DNA of 63,057 nt, filler included, from Basidiobolus ranarum (Eukaryota), in the NCBI GenBank assembly GCA_040143965.1. It is 43 parts of 43 records of this genome, joined end to end, with 100 filler letters (N's around TTAATTAATTAA, not from the genome) between each part and the next. Parts side by side here need not be neighbours in the genome. Positions count along the whole stretch, not along the records: positions 49,987 to 51,351 come from JASJQH010012282.1; positions 51,452 to 52,815 come from JASJQH010012283.1; positions 52,916 to 54,279 come from JASJQH010012284.1; positions 54,380 to 55,743 come from JASJQH010012285.1; positions 55,844 to 57,206 come from JASJQH010012286.1; positions 57,307 to 58,669 come from JASJQH010012287.1; positions 58,770 to 60,132 come from JASJQH010012288.1; positions 60,233 to 61,595 come from JASJQH010012289.1; 35 more parts are not named here. The stretch is one strand, 5' to 3'. A model generated the notes under the pieces. The model did no database searches. It worked only from the letters and a program-made list of their open reading frames with translations, and was not told where the DNA came from. The first letter of the stretch is position 1. Each line of letters opens with the position of its first letter. Positions 50,099 through 61,821 of this stretch are shown here, in pieces. Made by a program: the position numbers and the translations under genes.

Positions 50099-51351
50099 GC
50101 AAAGTACTCAACCCATCATCAGCTCAACTCCTAAAAACATCTTTGAAGCCAATATCCATTGACAGTATTGCTGAACACTGAAACCAACAAAACCTATGGT
50201 TCGAAAGCTCCCACCCAAATACTTAGCCTTTGCTGATGTCTTTGACAATAAGAATTCAGATATACCCCCAGCTCACTGCCCATATCATTGCCCTATTTAT
50301 CTACAAGAAGGAAAACAACCATGATTTGGGCCTATATATAGGCTGACCCAGCCAGAACTCAAAATTCTGAAGCAGTACATTGCAGAAAATTTAGAGAAAG
50401 GATTCATCCAACATTCAAAGTCCCCAGCATGCTCTCGAATCTTATTTGTTAAGAAAAAGGACAGATACCTCGGTCTCTGTGTTGATTATTGAAGCCTAAG
50501 TAGCATTACAATCAAAATTGGTACCCCTTGCCATTAATCAACTCACTCTTGGATCAGCTTGCCTCAGCCAAGGTGTTTACAAAGATTGATCTAAGAGGTG
50601 CTTACAATCTTGTAAGAATCAAATCAGGAGACCAACGGAAAACTGCCTTTCAAACTTGCTATGGACACTTTGCATACAATGTTATGCCATTTAAACAAAT
50701 TGATGCCCTTGCAGTATTTCAACAAATGATTAATGATATCTTCAGAGAGTATGTTGTCCAATTTGTGGTAATCTACCTTGACAATTTCTTGGTCTTCTCA
50801 AGCTCTCAAAGAGAACATAATATTCATGTTTCCCAAGTCCTAGAAAAGTTGAAAACCTCTGGGCTCTTTGTAAACTTGAGAAATGTTAATTTGATCAAGT
50901 TCAAGTTAAATTCCTTGGATATAACATTGGCCCATCAGGCATCTCCATGGACTCTAAGAAGGTTGAATCAGTCTGTGTTGTGATATTCCAAAGAATGTGA
51001 AGGATGTCCAATCTTTCCTTGGATTGGCAAACTTTTACCAACAGTTTGTCAAGAACTACTCTAAAATAGCTGCTCCAATAACAAAGCTTAGAAAGAAAGA
51101 ACTCCTATTTGACTGGAACCCATCTTGCTAATGCACATTTGTAACTTTAAAGAATGCATTTACTTCAGCGCCAATCCTGGCACACCCCAGGCTTGACAAG
51201 CCATTTATTGTTGAGACTGATGCATCCAACTTTGCTCTAGGAGCACTACTATCACAGTTTGATGATGACAACTCACTGCACCCTGTTGCCTTTTCCTCAA
51301 GAAAGTTCTCTGCCGCAGAAATCAACTATGACATCTATGAGAAGGAACAAT
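50099..51351 (+). mobile_element. Gypsy chromovirus RT/RNase H (degenerate)
   Basis: [38 protein letters not shown]. Confidence 0.95.
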
Positions 51352-51451
51352 NNNNNNNNNNNNNNNNNNNNNNNNNNNNNNNNNNNNNNNNNNNNTTAAT
51401 TAATTAANNNNNNNNNNNNNNNNNNNNNNNNNNNNNNNNNNNNNNNNNNNN

Positions 51452-52815
51452 GTCTGGAAGTGTGGTCTGGAATGTAAAGGTGCTTCTTATAAAACAAGAA
51501 ATCATTGATGATAGAGAAATGGCAGTACAAGTTCAAGCTTGAGAGGTCTTTGGGTGCTTCCTGGGCCTTCTTGATTGATGTTGCAAATGGGCCTTCAGAA
51601 TAAAGTTTGAGGATGTCTTCATGGAATGTGCTCAAACTAAGCAGAGAAAGGGCCATTGCACTAATTTGAAGTTGGTGGGGCCTTAGTAAGGAAGTATTTT
51701 GTTGGCCAAAGGCCTCATCCCCTTCTTTAGGCTGATATTCTGCTCCAAGTGATAAGGCATCAGGTTTTCCTTAGTGGCTGCCTGGTCCATATGTAATCAC
51801 AAAATCAAAACTGGTAAGAAATAAAGACCATCTTGCTTGACAACAGTTGGGAACTTTAGTTGTACTAAAATACTGAAGATTCTTGTGATCACAATAAACT
51901 GTGATTTTGTGATTTGCTTCATCCAAATATTGTCACCATTGTTCAAATGCAGCAATAATTGATAATAGTTCCTTGTCATCAATGTCATAGTTAATTTCTG
52001 CAGCAGAGAACTTTCTTGAGTAAAATGCAACAGGGGGCAGTAAGTTGTTATTATCAAACTGTGATAGTACTTTTCCTAGAGCAAAGTCAGATGCATCAGC
52101 TTTGACAACAAATGGCTTGTCTAGGTTAGGGTGTCCCAGAATTGGTGCTGAGGTAAAAGCATTCTTTGAAGTTTTAAATGCTTGTTGGCAAGATGGGTTC
52201 CAGTCCAATGGGAGTTCTTTCTTTGTAGGGTTTGCTAATGGAGCAGATATTTTGGGGTAGCTCTTGACAAGCCATTGGTAAAAGTTTGCAAATCCAAGGA
52301 AAGATTGGACATCCTTCACATTCTTGGGAATATCCCAAGACAGAACAGATTCAACCTTCTTAGGGTCCATGGAGATGCCTGATGGGCTGATATTATATCC
52401 AAGGAATTCAACTTGAGCTTGATCAAATTCACATTTCTCAAGTTTAGCATAGAGCCCAGAGGTTTTCAACTTTTCTAGGACTTGGGAAACATGAGTATTA
52501 TGTTCTTCTTGAGAGCTTGAGAAGACCAAGATATTGTCAAGGTAGATTACCACAAATTGGTCAAGATACTCTCTGAAGATATCATTCATCATGTGTTGAA
52601 AGACTGCAGGGGCATTGGTAAGTCCAAATGGCATGACTCTGTATTCAAAGTGCCCTTAGCGAGTTTGAAAGGCAGTTTTCCATTGGTCTCCTGGTTTGAT
52701 TCTTACAAGATTGTAAGCACCTCTTACATCAATCTTTGTAAACACCTTGGCTGAAGCAAGCTGATCCAAGAGTGAGTTGATTAATGGCAATGGGTACCAT
52801 TTTTTGACTCTAATG
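51452..52815 (-). mobile_element. Gypsy chromovirus RT/RNase H (degenerate)
   Basis: MPFGLTNAPAVFQ, YLDNILVFS, FLGFANFY, ADASDFALG, DKELLSII. Confidence 0.96.
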
Positions 52816-52915
52816 NNNNNNNNNNNNNNNNNNNNNNNNNNNNNNNNNNNNNNNNNNNNTTAATTAATTAANNNNNNNNNNNNNNNNNNNNNNNNNNNNN
52901 NNNNNNNNNNNNNNN

Positions 52916-54279
52916 CATATGAAAGTAGAAGTCTCATAGGAAAACCAGCAAACCAAGAGACTGTGAATGTCAGAGCTGCCATCACTTGATCTGATGATGA
53001 GTGGTTTAACATTTCGGAAACTGTGTGGAATCTTGCCTGAAATCACCTGGATTTAAGCCAATTGTGGAAGAGCCAAAAACTAGGCATTACTCTGAAGGTT
53101 CTTGACTTATATCATGTTGCTATCCTGGGTTTTTGCAAGCAAATGGCAATTGGGCTAGTGTAGGCCTATTCATCAAACATCTCAAAGTGTACACAATTAT
53201 CAACTTGGAAAAGAAAGAAAAGTGTTGAAGTTTGTTGTCTTTATCATATATGTTTTCTCTATCTTTAAACACCTAACTATTTCAAATATCACATATAAGT
53301 TAGTTAACATTACTTAGTCAAATATGACTTAGCTGAGAATTGGAACATATATTATATATATATGTGAATAAAGTGAGAATTAGCAATTACATATTGGAAA
53401 TTTCAAACTTGTCCAAATTGGCCCAAAGATAGCTCATTTTACTCCCATAGATGTTCTGAACAAAACCCCAGTGTTAGTTTTCTATATTTCCAGCAAAATG
53501 TATAAATGCTATATTTCTGGACAATAAAATTATTATCTCACAGAGCTATTCACATCTTGACTTTTCCAAAGTTCCTCCTAACAGCCCATATTCTCCCAAT
53601 AAAAAGCAGTTACCAAAGTACTCAAGGAGCAGGAAATTAGTATACCCAAGGGAAAAGCAAAGAAGCCAGTAAGTTTAGGCTCTACTGTCTCACTTACCAA
53701 ATTCCTCACACCATTACAAAGATCTGCATTTCCTAAGTCAGATATACTGGCAAAATAGCTTAATTTCACCAGGGATCCAGGTACACCAGTTGGAAGAGTG
53801 CTAAATTTGGAAGTTTATCCCACACCTGGCACCTCTCAACAAGCCAAAACACCAGCTAATAAAACTCACAGCTCTCCAACCTCAACTGGTACTTTCCAAA
53901 GTGTTGAAATTAGCCCCAAAGTTAAAGGCAAGCAAAAAGCCAAACAAACACCACAAAGCATCCTCAGTAGTGTCACACTACAAGGATATACAAAAATAGT
54001 CAAAGTACTTGAGGAGTATTTTCAAAAGTATGAAGGGAAAAATGCAGTGCAAATATGCAGAAAGTGGCTTCAGAAGGAGAACATTCAACTTTACATTTAG
54101 TCTGGTGGTGACCATGCAGATATCTGGGAAGAACTTCATACAGAGTGGAACAATATTGCAGGGTATCTGCCAGATAGCTGGAAGAATGTTGATTCAGCAA
54201 CATTAATACAATGGTGGGCTTTGATGGAGATATTGATACAAACCCATGTTGGGTATGAGCTAAACCTTGGGTATGAAGA
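52916..54279 (+). mobile_element. CACTA ORF2 containing a copia solo LTR C (53223..53601) with 5-bp target duplication AAAAG
   Basis: AAAAG|TGTTGAAG...CCCAATA|AAAAG; uninterrupted ORF2 copies have a single AAAAG. Confidence 0.88.
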
Positions 54280-55104
54280 NNNNNNNNNNNNNNNNNNNNN
54301 NNNNNNNNNNNNNNNNNNNNNNNTTAATTAATTAANNNNNNNNNNNNNNNNNNNNNNNNNNNNNNNNNNNNNNNNNNNNATGTAGCCAATTTCTTCTTAG
54401 TCGTTGATAAAATCACTTCCACATTTCTGTAAATACTTAAACCAAAGCAGTATATTAAATTAGTGAGATGGTAGAAAGTTGCATAATTAGATTGCGACTT
54501 GAGCACTACGTTTTGAAGTTCATATTTATTGGCCACTCTGACTAATATCCATTAAAGTAAGTCACCCTCTGTCAGATTCAAATAATTGAACCAAGTAAAC
54601 TAAATTACTCAATATAGCAATTATCTGGGCCACCGCAAACACGGGATACGGCTAGCATGGTTGAAGCAGTTTGCTACCCAGTTCATATTGCCAAATTTAT
54701 GAATGTTTTTTGAGAGGGGATCATTCAGTTGATTTGATACAAATGGTAATTTGAAGATCTATGAGAATCGACTAAAGCCCACAATGATCTACACATCTAA
54801 AACTTGTGAATATGCATAAATCAAATACTAGTTTAAAATTGGTTCCAATAATTTTCGGGTGATATTGTAAATTGAACTTTAGCCCTTAGTAAGGGGGGAT
54901 AGGATTAAGGGGGAGAGGAGATTATTTCACTTCCTACATATTATTATGTAGCCACATTGAGCTAATGAAAGCTACGTGGCTCAATGGCTACTTCAACCAA
55001 CATGCTGTGAAGTAATTATTAAAACTATATAAATCCTTCTTTCTACTTTACGTTCTCACAGTACAATTCTAATTCTAGAAATTCTAATTATCTTTTTTTG
55101 AACC

Positions 55105-55653
55105 ATGAAATTTTCCGCTCCATCTCTTTTGTTCTTCATTTCTGCTGCTTGCACTGTAAGTGCTAGTAGCGCTGGTTCAGGGTACAGTGGTGCTGGTGGT
55201 AATGGGGTCGGAGCCTATGATACCAGTGACCACGCAGCTGGAAACGGTGGTGGCTCAGGTGGAAATGGAGGAGGAGCATATGGCCCTGGCAGTGGAGCTG
55301 GAGGAAACGGTGGTGGTTCAGGTGGTAACGGAGGAGGAAGTGGTGGTAATGGCGGAGGAGCATACGGTCCTGGCAGTGGAGCTGGAGGAAACGGTGGTGG
55401 TTCAGGTGGCAACGGAGGAGGAAGTGGTGGTAATGGCGGAGGAGCCGGAGCATACGATACTGGCAACGGCTCAGGTGGTAATGGAGGAGGAAGCGGTGGT
55501 AATGGTGGGGGAGCTGGGTCGTATGGCCCTGGAAGTGGAGTTGGTGGTAATGGAGGTGGCTCTGGAGGCAATGGCGGAGGAGCTGGCTACGATACCTCTG
55601 ATCACAGTGGAGGGGGAAAAGCAGCTGAATTATACAAAAGATTTTTCGGTTAA
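55105..55653 (+). CDS. Secreted glycine-rich repetitive protein (182 aa)
   Basis: Signal peptide, 11 GGNGGG units, YGPGSG x3, YDT x3; TATATAAA at 55027; synonymous variation between repeats. Confidence 0.9.
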   Translation: MKFSAPSLLFFISAACTVSASSAGSGYSGAGGNGVGAYDTSDHAAGNGGGSGGNGGGAYGPGSGAGGNGGGSGGNGGGSGGNGGGAYGPGSGAGGNGGGSGGNGGGSGGNGGGAGAYDTGNGSGGNGGGSGGNGGGAGSYGPGSGVGGNGGGSGGNGGGAGYDTSDHSGGGKAAELYKRFFG

Positions 55654-55843
55654 TAAGTACATTTCTACATCCATAAATATATGGTCTTTTAGTACATATA
55701 CCATTGGAAAGACCTAAAGGCAAAACCAATAAATTCATTTTTTNNNNNNNNNNNNNNNNNNNNNNNNNNNNNNNNNNNNNNNNNNNNTTAATTAATTAAN
55801 NNNNNNNNNNNNNNNNNNNNNNNNNNNNNNNNNNNNNNNNNNN

Positions 55844-57206
55844 TAGCTATGATAAAAGGGTTGGTAAATCGAGAAGACGAAGATCCACCTAACCTAGAGG
55901 GTGATGAGATAGCAACGATTCTAGATTTAAGATAGTCGCCTAGAGCTTTGAACGTAGCTATGGCATGGATAGAGACTTCTAAACTCGAGTAACCGGTAGA
56001 GTTTCGCAGACTTTCTTCTGGATCAAGTTGGAGATTGATTTGGCTTGTGAGCATTGCTGTCAAATTTTTCACCTCATTTAGCGGATCTTGATATGATAAA
56101 GCCACTTCAAAGGGCTCCAATTGCGTTAGAGACTGTTGTAATTTTTTCACTAAAACAGAAAAAGCTCCCAGTTTCGGTATATTGCCTCCAACTTTTGCTC
56201 TATCCATTTCTGTCAAAGAAGCATGAGTTCCTCCTACAAATATTTCTAGAAAAGCCAATTGTCTCTTAGAGAGATTTGCGAGAGAATAATGAGGATTGGT
56301 CAGGTATTCTAACAAGTTCACCATAAGGCCGCTTTGAAGGAATTCAAAAGAAGTCATCGATTCTTCAGTAGTTTTGAGATACTCTGTTAAAGCAACAAGA
56401 GTATCAACAGCAAGTGGATCAATGATATCTCCCTTGAGCTGTAATGCTAGTGCTTGTAGATTCGAAAATATTCCTTTCGTAAAATTTCTTTCTTTGTTCT
56501 GTCTGATATTATCTATATAATTGGTACGAAATTTCGATGACTTCATATGAAGCCACTTGCGAATGTCATCAACGGTCTTTACTTCTTTGCCCCTTACTCT
56601 TCCAAGATATCTAGAGTCAAGACTTATGGAGATCCTTTCAAAAGTCCTCATTCCTCCAAAAGCTTCCTCCGATTTGATTCTCGTTTTAGATTTTTCTCTT
56701 GGAATCTGTGAGCTTTGGGATGAGTGCGCTTCAGGGTTAGTTTCCCTCTTATACAAAGCCCCAAATTCATCATTTTCGTCTGAATCACTTTGCTCAATGG
56801 GCTGTTTCGATGCGTTATATTCTACTTGTTTTCTGAAGCGTCTCAACCCTTCAAATAGATCATTCAATCTTTCATCTTGTATCGACTGCTCTGAGAGTTC
56901 ATCTGAGGATTCTGAGATACTGATATTCTCTGATAGTCTCACGACTTCATCTATAACGCCCTCGCGATAAAATAACAAATGGTATATATCGGGTAACCTG
57001 TCCATAAGAAGCTCAGAGAGCTGAACAGCTCCAACTCCCAGCACAAAGTGGTCTCGACAAGAAAGAAAGGCTGCGATAAAACCAGCAAAGGGCACGTCTT
57101 TTAGAACTCTTACTAAGACTTCCTCTATGGCGTAATAAATTATCTTGCGTAGAGTGGGAATTACACGTAGACGAACTGCAATGACTACGTTAGAAGAAAA
57201 TACTTC
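55844..57206 (-). CDS. UFD4: Ufd4/TRIP12-like HECT E3 ubiquitin ligase, internal fragment
   Basis: ELLMDRLPDIY..FYREGVIDEV, TSFEFLQSGL, LVKKLQQSLTQLEPFEV, VSIHAIATFKALGDYLKSRI. Confidence 0.85.
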
Positions 57207-57306
57207 NNNNNNNNNNNNNNNNNNNNNNNNNNNNNNNNNNNNNNNNNNNNTTAATTAATTAANNNNNNNNNNNNNNNNNNNNNNNNNNNNNNNNNNNNNN
57301 NNNNNN

Positions 57307-58669
57307 TTCACTTGCACTATCGCTGGAAAGGAACACATCTGGTAAATTGATTAATGCTTCATCATTACTTGAGTTAGTTTCCGGTATGTTAATGCCTTCC
57401 AAAGTGGATAGTGGATCACTAGACTGCTCATCAATTAAGTCCTCTGTTCTTGCTGGTTTTTTTCCTTTTGTGCCAGCAGGCTGTGGCTTGGAAGCCAATT
57501 TTGAGTTAGATTTTAAATGCTTTTTGAACGGCATCAAAATTAAGTTGCATTGGCTCTGGATGGTTTCTTGCTAAATAAATATACTGTTGGAAAGCCTTGC
57601 TGGCCAATAATTTTAAGTAAGTTAAATCTTCCTCCCTCTGAACAATATAAGAGTCAAAATATTTTGATACTATCCATCATATCTGGACCTAAATCACCAG
57701 TGCTTATAGATAGCTTCTTAAAGCCTTTGATTGCGGAATTTGAACCGTTATCTAATGGGTTTCAGATGCGTGAATATTTTATTAAAGCTAATATCATTGT
57801 ATGTATTAGTGACACTCTGGCCATCAGTAAACTTGGAGGCTTTTGCAGGCACAATGCACTATCTGTCATGATTCTGATCTTGGCATACTCATCTGCTGCA
57901 AATAGAACTCTTTTATTATTAGATTATGACATCATATCTGCTGTGCCAACCCTTCTTGGCAATCTTATGTTAGTTCATCCAGATTGCCTTACATGGAATT
58001 CATGTTCTTTGCAACATTCCATGAAACTTAACCAATCATGTCATCCCAGATATAATGTACTTCTGGCAAGACCTTCCATGGAAGGTCACCTAATCATCCT
58101 TACATCATCCTTAGATCATCCCTCTTTGTATTGGTCCTTGTAGTCCTCAACACCCCAATACTTGAACTTGCCACAATATATTCCCTATTCAGTGTCTTAT
58201 GTTTCACCACACAATATCTATATAAGCCCCATGTATTCCTTAATCAGATCTCAGTCTGATTAATACCAGTTATCAATAAAGATTTGTGCCTAAGCATCTA
58301 ACCTGTCCAGTCTTATCTTGTCTTCTGGTCTACACCCAAGTACTCTCCTGTCTTCTAGCCTCTTGTTGTTGTTTCCAGTCCTTGTCCAGTTCCTTATTGT
58401 GACAGTTTGTTCAGACTACTTACACTTGCCTGTAGACTTCTCTCCATCCCTGTTCTCCAACCTTGAAAACCCCAAGGTTGGCTTCCCTCTATTCCCCATC
58501 CTTCCCAAGCTTCCCTGCTAAGGCAAAGGTACCTTCAACCTTTGGATAATTGCTCTAAGTGCATCCTTGTCAAGACAATACTGGTTGAGTTTACAGTTGT
58601 TTTTGATCAAAGAAGCTTTAGTACTTGATCAAGATCAAAGGACGTTGATACCAGCATATTCTTTTGTCA
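57307..58669 (+). mobile_element. Deleted CACTA copy carrying a gypsy 5' LTR (57864..58404) and leader
   Basis: TGTCATG...GTGACA; leader matches 44840-45110. Confidence 0.88.
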
Positions 58670-58769
58670 NNNNNNNNNNNNNNNNNNNNNNNNNNNNNNN
58701 NNNNNNNNNNNNNTTAATTAATTAANNNNNNNNNNNNNNNNNNNNNNNNNNNNNNNNNNNNNNNNNNNN

Positions 58770-60132
58770 CATCAGACTTCAGAGCTTGTGTCAAATTTTC
58801 TGGTTCAGAAAATGCTATATGTGCAGATATATTCCACCCTTTTTCTAAATTGAAACTGTTGATCTTATATTCTGATTTGAAAAATCCAAAGTCCTTGGTA
58901 GAATGATCATATGTTTCACTTACAAGATGTTTCTGATTTCCACTCGGTAGGATTTCTGAGACCTGATTGCCTGAATTTTGTGATTGATTGAATCCTTGTT
59001 GTGATTGATTACATACTTGCAATAATTGATTGCATCCAATATCAGCCAAGTTGAGAGTAGGATATTTCTTAGGTATGTGATTGGTCAGAAATTTATTGCC
59101 TTGTTTCTGAGCCCAATTTCCTGATTCCTGATTAACGGAAAAATATCCTTTTTCTGATTACCATATTTCTCATTGGCAGAGATAATATGCTGATTTCCAG
59201 CAGCTGGTTCCAAATTATCAGTATCCTCGGAGTAATTATCAGGTTTTCTGGTATAAATTGGTGCGTTTCCATTGTTGCCTAATGTTTCACTACTTGTATA
59301 GCTGCTTGATTCCAGAATATCATTCAATAGTTTGTTCTCTTTGGTTTCAGTACTTGTAGTGAAGTTTGAGACAGGATTAATGCTTATTGGTTTTCTGCTA
59401 GGAATATTCACCACAGGGATTGGTAATGATTTGAGCTTTGTCATATATTCATTGGTGGATGATGTTTAAGGCCTTGTCCCAGATGTGATATTTGCTAAAT
59501 TTGGATAATGTTGATAGATAGTTTCAGATTCCAAATTTGGCCTAACTCCAGTATCTATATCCAAAGTAGCATTTTCCAAGTTGGTTTCAGTACTTGCTAG
59601 CTCAAGATTGGTTTCAGAACTTGTTAACTCAGAATTTGAGTTATTGAGAAATTGATTTTCAGCCAAAATCAAATTCCCATGATTAGAAGATTTGAGATTT
59701 TCTTCAATCAATATAGTATCTCTGGAGTTGATGATTTGAGTTGTGCCAGCAATTAGGAGACAATAGCCTTTGTTCTGATATGCTAATAGGATACATATAA
59801 TTGCCTTTTTGTCCAATTTCCTATGCTGCGGTTTTGGAATATGAGCATATACTATTGATCCAAAAATTCTGAGATGATTCAGATTAGGCTTGTTTCCAGT
59901 ACAGATTTCAATAGGAGTTTTATAGTCATGATTGCTTCATGTTGGACTTCTATTTTGGAGATATGTAGCTGTTAAAATAGCTTCACCCCAATAGGTCGTA
60001 GGCAGATCTGAATCAATCAGCATTGTACATGCTTTCTCTACTAAAGTCCTATTCATCCTTTCTGCAACTCCATTTTGTTCTGCACTATATAGAATAGTAA
60101 ATTGCTGCTGAATTCCCTTTTCCTTTTGTTCA
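58770..60132 (-). mobile_element. Copia integrase C-terminus and linker
   Basis: EQNGVAERMNRTLVEKA, HLRIFGS, KLDKKAI..Y, SRDTILIE; homologous to 29726..30824. Confidence 0.92.
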
Positions 60133-60609
60133 NNNNNNNNNNNNNNNNNNNNNNNNNNNNNNNNNNNNNNNNNNNNTTAATTAATTAANNNNNNNNNNNN
60201 NNNNNNNNNNNNNNNNNNNNNNNNNNNNNNNNTGTTAGTGAGGGACAAATGATTGGCCTAAAAACATGTGAATGTCTTGGTTATACATTTGATTGGGTAA
60301 GTTACAGTATAAATTGTTTATTGTTACACATTCAGTAATTCGTAAGTTACAAACTAAGGTATGAATTTACTTTGTCAGTTACCCAAAATTGTAATTTGGC
60401 AATACTAAATTGGGTAACTTGGTATGGGCTTGCACAATATCTCCAAAAAAATTATTGTGTCTGATTGTGGTGGGATAGTGCCATATTGTTCCTTATAGTG
60501 TCCAATTGTGTGTTATAGGACCCAGCCATGGTAATTGACAGATTGCGCCAGATGGTGTACTAGCAGGCTGGATTGAGCGGCACGATCTGACCTGGTCCAA
60601 TGGAACAAG

Positions 60610-61595
60610 TCTTATATCTCTCATGTGTAGCTTTACTCACTGATAGCAAATTTTTTGCTATCCCAGGCACATATAGCATGTTTTTCAGTGTCAAATATAT
60701 GTCCCCAGTGATGCCCACAAGATCAACTTCAATTTCTCTCACTCCTAGAGCTTCTAGTGGCCAGTCATCTCCCAAATAAACCTTCTTGTTTATGTCAGTT
60801 TTCAGTGTCTTAAACCAGTTTTTTGGATTAGAGAAATGTTGAGAGGCTCCAGAATCAACATACCACAACCTACAGTCTTATTCAGAGGGCACTGATAGGG
60901 CAGAAGTAAATAAAACTTCCTCTTTAGTTGAAACCTGATTTGCTTGTTCTGACTTCTCATTTTTGTTGTAATTTTGTGATTTGCAATCTTTTATCTGGTG
61001 TCCTGGTTTGTTACAACCATAGCATAAACCTAGTTTCCTTCTTTTGTAACCTTTGTACTTGCCAAAGCTACGTTTTGCAGCTCCAAAAAGAGCCACTTCC
61101 TCAGATTCTTTTTCCAACTTCTTACTTCTGAGGTGTTGATCCATTAGCCTTGCTACCACAAACACCAGAGACAACTTGTCAGATCTTGCTTCCAAAGCTG
61201 TGACCAAGTTTGAATACTCTTCTGGTACACCCCTTAGAAGAATTGTAATGACATCTTCTTCCTGTAAAGTTGCACCATTATTTTCCAGTTGTTTTGTCAA
61301 AGATCTCACATTTGAAATATGAGTAACCATGCATTCAGACTTTTCCATCTTTATATTGAAGAATTTTTGTCTGAGAAAGAGTCTATTAGCAAGACTCTTT
61401 GCTTCATAACACTCTTCTAATATAGTCCAAGCTTGATGGGAAGTCTGTGCATATTGAATATTCACAAGATGTGAATCCTACAAACTTTGACAAATGACAT
61501 TAAAGGCCTTCTTGTCTCTTTTCTTGTAAGCTTCCAGTAAAGAAGGGTCAGAAGGTTCCTTTTCATCTCCAGAGACTACATCCCAAAGCTACCTG
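60610..61595 (-). mobile_element. Copia gag and protease
   Basis: ILLRGVPEEY, CYGCNKPGHQIKDC, WYVDSGASQHF, LYVPGIAKNLLSVSK. Confidence 0.95.
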
Positions 61596-61821
61596 NNNNN
61601 NNNNNNNNNNNNNNNNNNNNNNNNNNNNNNNNNNNNNNNTTAATTAATTAANNNNNNNNNNNNNNNNNNNNNNNNNNNNNNNNNNNNNNNNNNNNAAGAG
61701 ACAGACCCATATTACAGTACATCCCAGAGTTATTCAACCATGGTTATGGCACCCTTTGAAGACCTCACAAAACCCTTAGGATATTGAAGTTATAGTTGCT
61801 GCTTACACACTAAAACAACTA

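Noticed and set aside
55160-55738. Pro-rich, His-rich and Val/Glu-rich ORFs
   Set aside because: Alternative-frame and antisense shadows of the Gly-rich gene, which has the signal peptide and TATA box.
1377-61695. Regularly spaced TTAATTAATTAA repeats resembling an array or CRISPR
   Set aside because: Synthetic six-frame-stop linker in N runs; ORFs ending in X..LIN are artefacts and cross-linker gene neighbourhoods are not real.
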